Assembly: GCA_009781085.1 (NCBI GenBank)
Contig: WQYV01000001.1
Location: 5,438 to 69,437, forward strand
Length of the DNA stretch: 64,000 nt
DNA from: Betaproteobacteria bacterium
GTDB taxonomy: Bacteria > Pseudomonadota > Gammaproteobacteria > Burkholderiales > Rhodocyclaceae
Reading direction: 5' to 3'
Within the stretch, counting starts at the first letter, position 1; each line of letters starts with the position of its first letter. Below, in pieces: positions 1 to 10,232 of the stretch. The notes beneath the pieces are model-generated. The model had not been told where the DNA came from. It ran no database searches and saw nothing but the letters and a program-made list of their open reading frames with translations. A program made the position numbers and the translations under genes.

Positions 1-1239
1 TGGTTCCGCAATGCCGATGACTCCTCGATGAGTGCAACCCAACGCGCATGGCGCGTGCGTGTGTCGTTGCGTACCAGTGATTGGCCGGGGGTGCTCGCGG
101 CCATCGACAAACTGAACCCCGAAGAGCGCGCCTTGCCCGAATGGATTTACTGGCGCGCGCGTGCCCTGAAATCCCTGAACCGGGTGGGTGAGGCAGAAAA
201 GGAATTCCGACGCATTGCCAGTCTGGCGGACTTCTACGGTATCCTCGCCAACGAAGAATTGGGAAACCCGTTCGACCCACGCGTGGCACACACGGCGCTC
301 GCGACTTCTACCACAGAAATAGCCGCAGAGGCCGCAGAAGAGGCAACTGCAGAGGAAGCTACCGAAGGTTCTGATGACGCCGATGCTGAATCTGAGTCCG
401 GCTCTGGCCCTGAATCAAGTCCTGGCGAGAATACTGGGGAGGGTAACGGCGGGGCAATACAGGCCGACGTCGGGGCAGGGGGCAAGGCCGGGGCAGCGGT
501 CACCAACGGGCCGAGCGTCGACAACCATCCGGGTTTCCAGCGCGCAATGGCGCTTTTCCAGCTCGATTTGCGCATGGATGCCATTCGCGAATGGAACTGG
601 GCGCTACGCGGGCGTGACGAAGCTTTTCGCCTTGCCGCTGCGCAACTGGCTCTGAGAAACCATCTCTATGACCGCGCCATTACTTCCGCCGAACTCGCCA
701 ATCCAGCCGGAGCCTGGGAACTGCGTTTCCTTGCCCCGTACCGCGAACTCATTGAGCCGCAAGTACGTGCCAACAACCTCGACTTGAGTTGGGTCTACGG
801 CGTGATGCGGCAGGAAAGCCGCTTCATCATCCCTGCCCGTTCCCCTGTTGGGGCGCAGGGATTGATGCAGGTCATGCCGAAAACTGGCAAGTGGGTTGCC
901 AAAAGGCTTGGCATGTATTATCACCCCGGCCTGCTGCGCGATCCTCAGACCAACGTGGAAATCGGAACTGGCTACATGCGCATCCTCCTCGACGAACTCG
1001 AAGACGATCAGGTGCTGGCCGCTGCTGGTTACAATGCCGGCCCTGGCCGCGCACGGCGCTGGCGTGCCCATCGGGCATTGGAGGGCGCGGTTTATGCCGA
1101 AACCATTCCCTTTGAAGAAACACGCGATTATGTAAAGCACGTCATGACCAACGCCATCATCTACGCGGCCTTGTTCGAAGGCAAACCACAATCGCTCAAG
1201 ACCCGTCTCGGCACGATTATGCCGAAGATGTCGGACTGA
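1..1239 (+). CDS. slt: Soluble lytic murein transglycosylase (Slt70 family), 5'-truncated by window edge
   Basis: Frame is open from base 1. It carries the SLT catalytic domain motifs RQES (catalytic Glu), GLMQVMP and AAAGYNAGPG, plus the C-terminal IPFEETRDYVK. Confidence 0.93.
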   Translation, partial: WFRNADDSSMSATQRAWRVRVSLRTSDWPGVLAAIDKLNPEERALPEWIYWRARALKSLNRVGEAEKEFRRIASLADFYGILANEELGNPFDPRVAHTALATSTTEIAAEAAEEATAEEATEGSDDADAESESGSGPESSPGENTGEGNGGAIQADVGAGGKAGAAVTNGPSVDNHPGFQRAMALFQLDLRMDAIREWNWALRGRDEAFRLAAAQLALRNHLYDRAITSAELANPAGAWELRFLAPYRELIEPQVRANNLDLSWVYGVMRQESRFIIPARSPVGAQGLMQVMPKTGKWVAKRLGMYYHPGLLRDPQTNVEIGTGYMRILLDELEDDQVLAAAGYNAGPGRARRWRAHRALEGAVYAETIPFEETRDYVKHVMTNAIIYAALFEGKPQSLKTRLGTIMPKMSD

Positions 1240-1254
1240 AGGCGGGAGTTGGGC

Positions 1255-2490
1255 ATGCGCGCGTATGTGGTCGGCGGCGCGGTACGGGATGCTTTGCTTG
1301 GCCTGCCGGTCAAGGATCGGGATTGGGTTGTGGTGGGGGAGACGGTTGAGACTATGCTCGAACGTGGGTTTCGCCCCGTAGGGCGGGATTTCCCCGTTTT
1401 CCTGCACCCGGAAACGCACGAGGAATACGCGCTGGCCCGGACCGAACGCAAGAGCGGGCACGGTTATACCGGCTTCGTCTGCCATGCCGCGCCCGATGTC
1501 ACCCTGGAGGAAGACCTCTCAAGGCGCGACCTCACGATCAACGCCATCGCCCGCGAAGCGGGGGGGGCGCTGGTCGATCCTTACGGAGGGGTGGGCGACC
1601 TCGAAGCCAGAATCCTGCGCCATGTCGGCCCGGCCTTTTCCGAGGACCCTTTGCGCGTCCTGCGCGTGGCGCGTTTTGCCGCCCGCCTGCCCGAATTCAG
1701 CATTGCGCCGGAAACGCTTGCACTCATGCGGTCGATTTGCGAGGGCGGCGAACTTGCTCACCTCACGCCCGAACGGGTATGGAAGGAACTCTCGCGCGGC
1801 CTCATGGAAGCTTGTCCCTCGCGGATGTTTCGTGTCCTGCGTGAATGTGGGGCACTCGCCTGCATCCTTCCCGAGGTCGACCGCCTGTTTGGCGTGCCGC
1901 AACCACCTGAGTACCACCCCGAAATCGACTGCGGCGAACATACGATGCTGGTCGTCGACCATGCCGCCCAAGCCGGGTATGGGCTGGAAATCCGCTGGGC
2001 CTGCCTGTTGCACGACCTCGGCAAGGGAGAAACCCCCGCCGACATCCTGCCGCACCACTACGAACATGAAGCACGGGGCGCACCGCTTGCCGGGCAAATC
2101 TCGGAACGGTTGCGCGTCCCGGCCAGTTGCCGCGACTTCGCCGTGCTGTTCGCCCGTGAACATGGCAATTTGAGGCTGATCGGCGAAATGCGCCCGAACA
2201 CCATCACCAGCCTGCTCGAACGCTGTGATTGCGTGCGCCGCCCCGAGCGTTTCCTCGCCCTGCTGGATGCCGCCACCTGTGATTATTTTGGGCGCGGAGG
2301 TCATTGGCCCGCACCCTGGCCATCCGCTACGTCCTGGCAGATGGCCATGGAAGCCTTCCTCGGCGTGGACGCTGCCGCGCTTGCACGCTCCGTTGCGGAA
2401 CCTCGGCAAATTCCTGCTCGCTTGCACGCTGCGCGGGTCGACGCCGTACGCAATCGCCTCGCCTGTCACAAGGAAAAGACGGATATCTGA
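1255..2490 (+). CDS. cca: Multifunctional CCA tRNA nucleotidyltransferase / HD phosphatase
   Basis: VGGAVRD, DRDWV, DLSRRDLTINA, EDPLRVLRVARF and the HD-domain motif LLHDLGKG. The ATG at 1255 is preferred over the TTG at 1249. Confidence 0.96.
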   Translation: MRAYVVGGAVRDALLGLPVKDRDWVVVGETVETMLERGFRPVGRDFPVFLHPETHEEYALARTERKSGHGYTGFVCHAAPDVTLEEDLSRRDLTINAIAREAGGALVDPYGGVGDLEARILRHVGPAFSEDPLRVLRVARFAARLPEFSIAPETLALMRSICEGGELAHLTPERVWKELSRGLMEACPSRMFRVLRECGALACILPEVDRLFGVPQPPEYHPEIDCGEHTMLVVDHAAQAGYGLEIRWACLLHDLGKGETPADILPHHYEHEARGAPLAGQISERLRVPASCRDFAVLFAREHGNLRLIGEMRPNTITSLLERCDCVRRPERFLALLDAATCDYFGRGGHWPAPWPSATSWQMAMEAFLGVDAAALARSVAEPRQIPARLHAARVDAVRNRLACHKEKTDI

Positions 2491-2550
2491 TACCCTGTGC
2501 TGTATCAATTGTGTTACTTTTTTCCCTTTTCCCTTTTTTCTAGGGAAGCA

Positions 2551-3384
2551 ATGATGCAAAAAATGAGCACTGCTACGGTAAGCGCAGGCTCTTACAGTTC
2601 TCTTGAGATCATCAGCCGCCTGCCTGCTTCGCACCACAGGCACCGGATGCCGATCCTTTTCGTACATGGTGCCTACGCTGGTGCCTGGTGTTGGGAAGAG
2701 CATTTCCTGCCTTGGTTCGCTCAGCGCGGATGGGCCGGGCACGCGGTATCGCTCAGCGGGCATGGCAGCAGCCGGGGGCGTGACGATCTCGACACTTTCA
2801 GCATCGACCATTACGTAGCCGACCTCGTCGAGACCATTGCCACCCTGCCTGCGCCCCCGATACTGGTCGGCCATTCGATGGGCGGCATGGTGGTACAGAA
2901 ATATCTCGAACAGGCCGCTGCCCCCGCCGTCGTACTGGTAGCCTCGGTTCCGCCCCAGGGGTTAATCTATTCCGCGCTCGGCCTGTTTTTTACCGCACCG
3001 CATCTGCTTACCGACCTCAACCGGATCATGGGTGGAGGCGAGCCGAGCGCCGACAGCCTACGCTGCGTGCTTTTCCACCAGCCGGTTGCCGTCGAAAAAC
3101 TTCAGCGCTACTGGAAACTGTTCCAGCCCGAATCCCTCCGTGCAATCTGGGACATGACCTTTTACAATCTGCCTGATACTTCCCGCGTCTACAGGCCGCC
3201 GATGCTGGTGCTTGGCGCACAGTACGACCGCCTGATTTCTCCCGGCCAGGTTCAAATGGCCGCAAACGCCTACGGAACCCCGCCGGAAATATTTCGCGAC
3301 ATGGGCCATGCGATGATGCTCGAACGCAGTTGGGAAAAGGTCGCCGCCCGGATCGATGAATGGCTCACTGAGCAGGGGCTGTGA
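2551..3384 (+). CDS. Alpha/beta-fold hydrolase
   Basis: Oxyanion motif HGAYAGAWCW, nucleophile elbow GHSMGG, and C-terminal His in MGHAMML. The start is uncertain (ATGATG at 2551 follows GGGAAG). Confidence 0.88.
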   Translation: MMQKMSTATVSAGSYSSLEIISRLPASHHRHRMPILFVHGAYAGAWCWEEHFLPWFAQRGWAGHAVSLSGHGSSRGRDDLDTFSIDHYVADLVETIATLPAPPILVGHSMGGMVVQKYLEQAAAPAVVLVASVPPQGLIYSALGLFFTAPHLLTDLNRIMGGGEPSADSLRCVLFHQPVAVEKLQRYWKLFQPESLRAIWDMTFYNLPDTSRVYRPPMLVLGAQYDRLISPGQVQMAANAYGTPPEIFRDMGHAMMLERSWEKVAARIDEWLTEQGL

Positions 3385-3408
3385 AGCCCCTGCTCGGGTT
3401 CCCGGCGA

Positions 3409-3969
3409 CTATGCTTCTCCCGCGTTCTTCCTCTTCTGCCACAGCACATCCTCGCGTCCTGCCGCACGGTTGAGCACGCGCCCGAGCACGAACAATAAAT
3501 CCGAGAGGCGGTTGAGATACTGGCGCGCACCGTCGTTGACGGTATCGATCTGCGCCAGCGCCACCAGCGTGCGTTCGGCGCGACGGCAGACGGTGCGGGC
3601 ATGGTGAGCCAGTGCGGCGGCGCGGGAACCGCCGGGGAGGATGAAATCCTTGAGTGGCTCCAACCCGGCGTTGTAGTGGTCGACGGCCTTCTCCAGCCGT
3701 CCCACCTGTTGTGCGGTGATCATGCTCATGCCGGGGATGCAGACTTCGCCGCCTAAATCGAACAGGTCGTGCTGTACGTCGGTAAGGAGCGCACGTACAT
3801 CGGTGGGCAATTCTTCCGTGAGCAGCAGGCCAAGCGTAGTGTTGGTTTCGTCGATTTCACCGATAGCATGGATGCGCGTGTCGCTTTTCGGGACGCGGTG
3901 GCCATCGCCCAGCCCTGTCTGGCCGGCATCGCCGGTACGTGTGTAAATCTTGGAGATGCGATGTCCCAT
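3409..3969 (-). CDS. pduO: PduO-type ATP:cob(I)alamin adenosyltransferase
   Basis: KIYTRTGD-x-G-x-T motif, GEIDE, FILPGG, RTVCRRAER and YLNRLSDLLF. Confidence 0.93.
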   Translation of the reverse strand: MGHRISKIYTRTGDAGQTGLGDGHRVPKSDTRIHAIGEIDETNTTLGLLLTEELPTDVRALLTDVQHDLFDLGGEVCIPGMSMITAQQVGRLEKAVDHYNAGLEPLKDFILPGGSRAAALAHHARTVCRRAERTLVALAQIDTVNDGARQYLNRLSDLLFVLGRVLNRAAGREDVLWQKRKNAGEA

Positions 3970-4097
3970 ATGTTGTTTCCTGTGGGATATAGGCGTTTTT
4001 TAGCAGGTAAGCACGCATGATAAACTGCCACGTTCTGCCCGTGGCTCCTGCTAAGCCAATACCATTCATCAAACTAGATCCTGCAAGAGCGAATCCC

Positions 4098-6719
4098 ATG
4101 AAATCCGCCGAAATCCGCGAACAATTCCTGAAATTCTTCGAGTCCAAGGGGCACAGGATCGTAGCCTCCAGTTCGCTTGTGCCTGTCGATGACCCCACGC
4201 TGCTCTTCACCAACGCGGGCATGAACCAGTTCAAGGACGTGTTCCTCGGCTTCGACAAGCGCCCCTACAGCCGCGCCACGACCTCGCAGAAGTGCGTGCG
4301 GGCGGGCGGCAAGCACAACGACCTGGAAAACGTCGGCTACACCGCCCGACATCACACCTTTTTCGAGATGCTCGGCAATTTTTCCTTCGGCGACTACTTC
4401 AAGCGCGATGCCATCCGCTACGCCTGGGAACTGCTCACCGAAGTCTACGGGCTGCCGAAGGATAAGCTCTATGTCTCCGTCTATGCTGAGGACGACGAGG
4501 CGTTCGACATCTGGACGAAAGAGGTGGGGCTTGCCCCGGAACGTGTCATCCGCATCGGCGACAACAAGGGCGCACGCTACGCTTCCGTCAATTTCTGGAT
4601 GATGGGGGACACGGGTCCCTGTGGTCCTTGCACCGAGATTTTCTATGATCACGGCCCGGAAATCCCCGGCGGGCTTCCCGGCACACCGGAAGAGGACGGC
4701 GACCGCTACATCGAAATCTGGAACAACGTGTTCATGCAGTTCAACCGCGACGAAGCGGGCGTGATGCATCCGTTGCCCAAGCCGAGCGTGGATACCGGCA
4801 TGGGGCTGGAACGCATTTCCGCCGTATTGCAGGGCGTGCATTCCAATTACGAAATCGACCTTTTCCAGAGCCTCATCCAGGCGGCGGCGCGTGAAACTTC
4901 CAGTGCCGATATGGCGAGCCCCAGCCTGAAAGTGCTGGCCGACCATATCCGCGCCTGCGCTTTCCTGATTGCCGACGGCGTCATCCCCGGCAACGAAGGG
5001 CGCGGCTTCGTGCTTCGCCGCATCATCCGCCGCGCCGTCCGGCACGGCTACAAACTTGGTGTGCGGGCGGCGTTCTTCCATCGCCTCGTGCCCGATCTCG
5101 TCAAGGAAATGGGTGCGGCCTACCCGGAACTGCCCGCCGGTGAAAAACGCATCATGGACGTTTTGAAAGCCGAGGAAGAACGCTTCTTCGCCACCATCGA
5201 AAACGGCATGACAATCCTGGAAACCGGGCTGGCCGAGATGAAAGCAGGGGGGCGCGACTGCTTTGATGGCGAACTCGCTTTCAAGCTGCACGACACCTTT
5301 GGCTTTCCGCTCGACCTCACCGCCGACGTTTGCCGCGAGCAGGGCGTAAGCGTTGATACCGCCGCGTTTGATGCCGCAATGGCCCGCCAAAAAGAACAGG
5401 CCCGTGCGGCGGGCAAGTTCCGGATGACGGCCAACCTCGATTACGCGGGCGCGGAGACCGTTTTCCACGGCTACGACTTGCTGGAACTCGACGCCAAAAT
5501 CATCAAACTCTACCGGGACGGAACCGCCGTCGATGAGTTGCGCGAGGGCGACCTTGGCGTCGTCGTGCTCGATGGCACCCCTTTCTACGCCGAATCCGGC
5601 GGCCAGGTTGGCGACCGGGGCGAACTCCGTGGCGCGGTGGGCATCTTCGCCGTTGAAGACACCCAGAAAATTCAGGCGGCAGTGTTCGGCCAGCACGGCA
5701 TCGTCAAAACCGGCGCATTGCGCGTCGGCGACAAGGTAGCGGGCCGAGTGGACATCCCCGCCCGCGCTGCCACCGCCCGCAACCATTCCGTCACCCACAT
5801 CATGCACAAGGCGTTGCGTGAAGTGCTGGGCAGCCACGTCCAGCAGAAAGGCTCCCTCGTCGACCCCACCAAAACCCGCTTCGACTTCGCCCACACCGCG
5901 CCGATGAGTGCCGAAGAAATCCGCGAAGTGGAAGCGCGTGTTAACGCTGAAATTCTGTCAAACGCCGCGACAGAGGCTGCCGTCATGCCGCTGGAAGCCG
6001 CGCAGAAATCCGGCGCGTTGATGCTTTTCGGCGAAAAATACGGCGAAACCGTGCGTGTACTCGGCATTGGCACGTCCAAGGAGCTTTGTGGCGGCACGCA
6101 CGTGACCCGCACCGGGGATATCGGTTTTTTCAAGGTTCTCTCAGAGTCGGGCATTGCCGCAGGCGTGCGCCGTATCGAAGCCGTAACCGGGGAAAACGCC
6201 CTGCATTACACGCAAATGCAGGAGCAGCGCGTCACGGAAATTGCCGCGCTTCTCAAAGCCCAGCCCGATGCCCTCACCGAGCGTGTTTCCAGCCTGATTG
6301 AACAGGCAAAGGCGTTTGAGAAGGAAATCATCCGGTTGAAATCGAAACTCGTGAGCAGCCAGATCGACGACCTTATCGGGCAGGCGGTCGAAATCGAAGG
6401 CGGTGCGAAACTCCTCACCGCCACGCTGGAAGGCATCGACCCCGCAACCTTGCGCGAAACCTTGGACAAACTGAAAGACAAGCTCAAATCCGCCGTGATC
6501 ATGCTTGCCACCGTCCGTGACGAAAAGGTGAGCCTCATTGCGGGCGTTACTGCGGATTTGACGGCTAAAGTCAAAGCGGGCGAATTGGTGAATTTCGTTG
6601 CGCAGCAGGTTGGCGGCAAAGGCGGCGGCAGGCCGGATATGGCGCAGGCCGGTGGGACAGAACCGGGGAAACTGGCGGGAGCTTTGGGGAAGGTGAAGGA
6701 GTGGGTGAAGGGGAGGTAG
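4098..6719 (+). CDS. alaS: Alanine--tRNA ligase
   Basis: [40 protein letters not shown], editing-domain HSVTH and ELCGGTH, and C-terminal GGKGGG. Confidence 0.98.
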   Translation: MKSAEIREQFLKFFESKGHRIVASSSLVPVDDPTLLFTNAGMNQFKDVFLGFDKRPYSRATTSQKCVRAGGKHNDLENVGYTARHHTFFEMLGNFSFGDYFKRDAIRYAWELLTEVYGLPKDKLYVSVYAEDDEAFDIWTKEVGLAPERVIRIGDNKGARYASVNFWMMGDTGPCGPCTEIFYDHGPEIPGGLPGTPEEDGDRYIEIWNNVFMQFNRDEAGVMHPLPKPSVDTGMGLERISAVLQGVHSNYEIDLFQSLIQAAARETSSADMASPSLKVLADHIRACAFLIADGVIPGNEGRGFVLRRIIRRAVRHGYKLGVRAAFFHRLVPDLVKEMGAAYPELPAGEKRIMDVLKAEEERFFATIENGMTILETGLAEMKAGGRDCFDGELAFKLHDTFGFPLDLTADVCREQGVSVDTAAFDAAMARQKEQARAAGKFRMTANLDYAGAETVFHGYDLLELDAKIIKLYRDGTAVDELREGDLGVVVLDGTPFYAESGGQVGDRGELRGAVGIFAVEDTQKIQAAVFGQHGIVKTGALRVGDKVAGRVDIPARAATARNHSVTHIMHKALREVLGSHVQQKGSLVDPTKTRFDFAHTAPMSAEEIREVEARVNAEILSNAATEAAVMPLEAAQKSGALMLFGEKYGETVRVLGIGTSKELCGGTHVTRTGDIGFFKVLSESGIAAGVRRIEAVTGENALHYTQMQEQRVTEIAALLKAQPDALTERVSSLIEQAKAFEKEIIRLKSKLVSSQIDDLIGQAVEIEGGAKLLTATLEGIDPATLRETLDKLKDKLKSAVIMLATVRDEKVSLIAGVTADLTAKVKAGELVNFVAQQVGGKGGGRPDMAQAGGTEPGKLAGALGKVKEWVKGR

Positions 6720-6755
6720 CGTAGGTTTTCCTTATGGAGATAGGAGAGAGCCATC

Positions 6756-7172
6756 ATGGATGACAGTCGGTTTGTCAAAGTCAGCTACGAAGAGCTTAAT
6801 TCTCGCCAAAAGGAAAACTTCAATTTTCAGAAAGCCTCGGCTGTCCTCGCTGAATATGGGTATAACTGCCTTCGTCTTTCGGATGATTGGCAAGGTGCTG
6901 ATTTTATTGCTGTTCATATTGATGGAGAAACATTCCGGAAAATCCAATTAAAAGGGCGCCTGAGCTTTGATAAAAAATATCAAGGTAAGGATATTTGGAT
7001 TATTTTTCGCTATGATAATGATTGGTATATTTATCCGCATGACGAGCTTCTTGATCAAGTTTTGGAAACCGGAAAACTGAAAGGTACAGACTCATGGGAA
7101 AAAGAAGGGGCTTTTAGTTTTGGTTATCTTTCACAAGAAAACAAAACGATGCTTGAAAAATACAAACTATGA
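6756..7172 (+). CDS. Hypothetical protein, putative PD-(D/E)XK nuclease fold
   Basis: AT-rich 138-aa ORF with a GGAGAG-like RBS upstream. The pattern E...GADF...IQLK resembles a restriction-endonuclease-like active site. Confidence 0.7.
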   Translation: MDDSRFVKVSYEELNSRQKENFNFQKASAVLAEYGYNCLRLSDDWQGADFIAVHIDGETFRKIQLKGRLSFDKKYQGKDIWIIFRYDNDWYIYPHDELLDQVLETGKLKGTDSWEKEGAFSFGYLSQENKTMLEKYKL

Positions 7173-7189
7173 TCAAGTCTGTATGCTTT

Positions 7190-7236
7190 CCCCTCTCCCG
7201 GCGCTATGCACCCTCTCCCGCAAAGGGGGAGGGGGA
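7190..7236. repeat. REP-like CCCTCTCCC hairpin element
   Basis: CCCTCTCCCG occurs twice (7191, 7211), followed by CAAAGGGGGAGGGGG. Related halves occur at 23661-23745 and 24630-24666. Confidence 0.6.
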
Positions 7237-7326
7237 GTGTTCAGGTATGGATCGAAAATTCTCTATAAGCTATGGCAATCGAATTTTGCCGCTCTGCTGC
7301 TTGCCAAAAAATGACAACGAACACAA

Positions 7327-8646
7327 ATGCCGACTGCTGTCATTGAATCCCTCGACCACGAAGGCCGTGGCATCGCACGGGTAGGCGGCAAGGCGGTATT
7401 CATCGAAGGCGCGTTGCCGAGGGAGGCGGTCGAATACGAAACCCTGCGCGTCCGGCCAACTTACGAACAAGCCCGTGTTGTGCGCATCCTCCGCGAGAGC
7501 GGGTTGCGGGTCGTGCCGCATTGCCCGCATTTTGGAGTGTGTGGCGGCTGCTCAAGCCTGCATCTCGACCCAACGGCGCAGGCAGCGGTGAAGCAGCGGG
7601 TGATGGAGGATGCTTTCTGGCATATCGCCAGGCTTCGCCCTGAAATCATTTATCCGGCAATGTCCGGGCAGGCGTGGGGCTATCGCCAGCGTGCCCGGCT
7701 CGGTGTGCGGAAGGTTCCGACACGGGGCAGGGTGCTGGTCGGGTTTCATGAGAAGCGTTCGAGTTATATCGCCGATCTTTCGTCTTGCCCTGTGTTGCCG
7801 CCGCATGTGTCGGCGATGTTGCCCCGGCTGCGTGTGTTGGTGGAGGGGCTTTCGATTGCCAACCGGGTCCCGCAGGTCGAAATGGTGATGGGTGAGCGTG
7901 GGAGTGGGTTGGGCGAACCCGTTACCGTGCTGGTGTTCCGTCATCTGTTGCCGTTTTCCGATGCGGATCTGAAACGGTTGCTGGCGTTTGGCGAAATGGC
8001 CAGGGTGGATGTCTGGTTGCAGCCCGGCCAGCCGGATACCGCGCATCCGCTGGCGGGTGGTGAGGGTGAATTGTTTTATTCCCTGCCTGAATTCGATGTG
8101 CGCCTAGCGTTTCGCCCTGGCGATTTCACGCAGGTCAATGTCCATACCAACCGGTTGCTGGTTCGCCGTGCCGTGCAGTTGCTCGACCCATGTGCGGGGG
8201 AACGGGTTGGCGATTTGTTCTGCGGGCTGGGCAATTTCACCCTGCCCATTGCGCGCCGGGGCGCGGCAGTGGTGGGGGTGGAGGGCAGTGCGGCAATGGT
8301 GGCGCGTGCAACAAAAAACGCCCGTGCCAATGGGCTGGATACGCTTGCCGTGTTTTATGTTGCCGATTTGTTCGAGACGACCGGCGACAGCTTCGCCGCG
8401 CTTGGCCCTTTCGACAAGCTGTTGCTCGACCCTCCACGTGAAGGCGCGATTGCTGTGGTTAAGGCCATCGAGCCACACAACAGCCCGCGCCGTATCGTCT
8501 ATGTGTCGTGCAATCCTGCCACGCTCGCCAGGGATGCCGCCGTGCTGGTGCGGGAAAAGGGCTATGTTTTACGTGGCGCGGGCGTTGCCGACATGTTCCC
8601 GCATACCTCGCATGTGGAGTCGGTGGCGTTGTTCGAGCGACCTTGA
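7327..8646 (+). CDS. rlmD: 23S rRNA m5U1939 methyltransferase
   Basis: N-terminal TRAM domain (LDHEGRG), [4Fe-4S] motif CPHFGVCGGC, DLFCGLGNF, LDPPREG, YVSCNPATLARD and MFPHTSHVES. Confidence 0.96.
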   Translation: MPTAVIESLDHEGRGIARVGGKAVFIEGALPREAVEYETLRVRPTYEQARVVRILRESGLRVVPHCPHFGVCGGCSSLHLDPTAQAAVKQRVMEDAFWHIARLRPEIIYPAMSGQAWGYRQRARLGVRKVPTRGRVLVGFHEKRSSYIADLSSCPVLPPHVSAMLPRLRVLVEGLSIANRVPQVEMVMGERGSGLGEPVTVLVFRHLLPFSDADLKRLLAFGEMARVDVWLQPGQPDTAHPLAGGEGELFYSLPEFDVRLAFRPGDFTQVNVHTNRLLVRRAVQLLDPCAGERVGDLFCGLGNFTLPIARRGAAVVGVEGSAAMVARATKNARANGLDTLAVFYVADLFETTGDSFAALGPFDKLLLDPPREGAIAVVKAIEPHNSPRRIVYVSCNPATLARDAAVLVREKGYVLRGAGVADMFPHTSHVESVALFERP

Positions 8647-9309
8647 GGGCAAAGGCGCAGTTCGATTGTCAAGTGAACATTTCTTTGTGCAGCATGAGCC
8701 GTGCCCGGATAGCGGCAGGCATGACCACCGCGTCATGGGTGATTGCGCAGGAGTAGAACGCGAACCGCGAGTCTCCCGTATAACGTTTTGCTGCAACGTA
8801 GGCCACGGCGGAGAGGCCGATTGCCAAGGTGTGCGGACTCATGTGCCAGCCACCTGCCAAAGACAGTGCAACCCTGTTCATTATCGATAGATACAACTAT
8901 GCGAAATAAGGTAGGGTTTTCGCATGATAGGTACGCCCATTCGTGGAGCTTACTACATTGTACTTGATTTTATTTGAGATAATAACAAAAAAATAAAAAT
9001 ACAAAGCTTTATTCTTATTTGAAGAAATGCAAAGTTATAGATTGTATATGAATGTTTATGATAACAACATTTTTGTTGTTAGTAGTTTCTACAATTGACG
9101 AGAATGGGTGGTTAATAATAATTTCAATCTATGTCGAACGGAATCCTTAGTCTTCAGGACAAAGTGCTTTAGAGGCGGTCATGTTTGCTTTTTGTATAAA
9201 GGATGCTTGATGCCAGTATATTTTGATCGATTTTTTCTTGAGCATTTACCGGTGATATACCGAGGGTATGGAACTGGAATAAACGGTGTTGTCTGTAAGA
9301 ACAGTGTTG

Positions 9310-10062
9310 ATGAACATGCGTATTAGCAATAAAAAGTATTTATATATTGCTGCTTCTCTGATCGGTATTGTTATTGTATTAGTTGCGCGCATAGGGTTAT
9401 TTTGCCTGTCTACCAACATACTGATGCAGGTAAACGAAAATAACGACAATATCTTTTTTAATGTAGTGGTATTTTCCATCACTGTACTTTTATTGGTAGC
9501 ATTGGGACTGATTGGTCTAACGATCAAGGCAGTATCCAGAGAACCGATTGAAGAACTTTACGTCCTGCTGAAACGATTCAAGGACAGAGGCGGTTTTACT
9601 GGTCATTCCAGTAGTGAAGTTGATGAGATTACGGTGGCTCTTGAAGAAACGATGAACGATCTACATGGGTTGCTTCAATCCATCTTGATCAAAGCGCAGA
9701 CCATTGACGGCAGAGTAGAAATACTGGCTAATGGGATACAGCAAGTGGTTGCAGATCAGACCAATCTATTTTCCCTTAACGCCGCAATCGAGTCAGCACG
9801 TTCGCGACAGGACGGTTTTTCCGTCGTTTCCGGTGAAGTATTGTCGCTTGTTGAGCGTACTGGGCGTCTGACGGGCGATGTTCGTGATATGGCCGACCAA
9901 CTTCGGATGGGGGTCAATGAAATTGTCGTTGAATTGGACCATGTACTCAAGCGAGTCGACCCCAATCGGATCAGTGCGCCAATAGATACAGATGCGTGTG
10001 CAAGCTCCATTCAAGGGGAAGAGGCGATTACTGCGCTAAATGAAGCAGATGGTTCCAAGTGA
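9310..10062 (+). CDS. Short methyl-accepting chemotaxis-like membrane protein (2 TM, HAMP-like region, degenerate signalling tip)
   Basis: Two hydrophobic helices, then ADQTNLFSLNAAIESAR...GFSVV.GEV..LVERT, matching the MCP hairpin-tip consensus. It is far shorter than typical MCPs. Confidence 0.75.
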   Translation: MNMRISNKKYLYIAASLIGIVIVLVARIGLFCLSTNILMQVNENNDNIFFNVVVFSITVLLLVALGLIGLTIKAVSREPIEELYVLLKRFKDRGGFTGHSSSEVDEITVALEETMNDLHGLLQSILIKAQTIDGRVEILANGIQQVVADQTNLFSLNAAIESARSRQDGFSVVSGEVLSLVERTGRLTGDVRDMADQLRMGVNEIVVELDHVLKRVDPNRISAPIDTDACASSIQGEEAITALNEADGSK

Positions 10063-10097
10063 TTCGCAGTATATGCGCCAATTGTGGATGTTACGAA

Positions 10098-10190
10098 TGT
10101 TGCAACGCAACAACATGTAGTAGCGTTATTCCCATGTCTTCGTTGACATGGCAGTTATTATGCGGAAAATTGAATTTGTGCATCGCAGCA
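10098..10190. promoter_or_regulatory. Two TGC-N3-GCA operator-like boxes (PhaR-like)
   Basis: Perfect inverted repeat TGTTGC-AAC-GCAACA at 10098-10112 and TGCATCGCAGCA at 10179-10190. Both resemble the recalled PhaR motif TGCRNYGCASMA. Confidence 0.4.
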
Positions 10191-10232
10191 AAATGCTTGA
10201 AATTTATACTATGTAAGTAGGAGGTTGATGCA

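Noticed and set aside
4074-5894. 606-aa antisense ORF, and similar long shadow ORFs such as 1519-2874, 22546-23529, 24631-25515 and 26399-27313
   Set aside because: They lie entirely opposite well-supported genes and have no recognisable motifs. This is expected from codon bias in GC-rich DNA.
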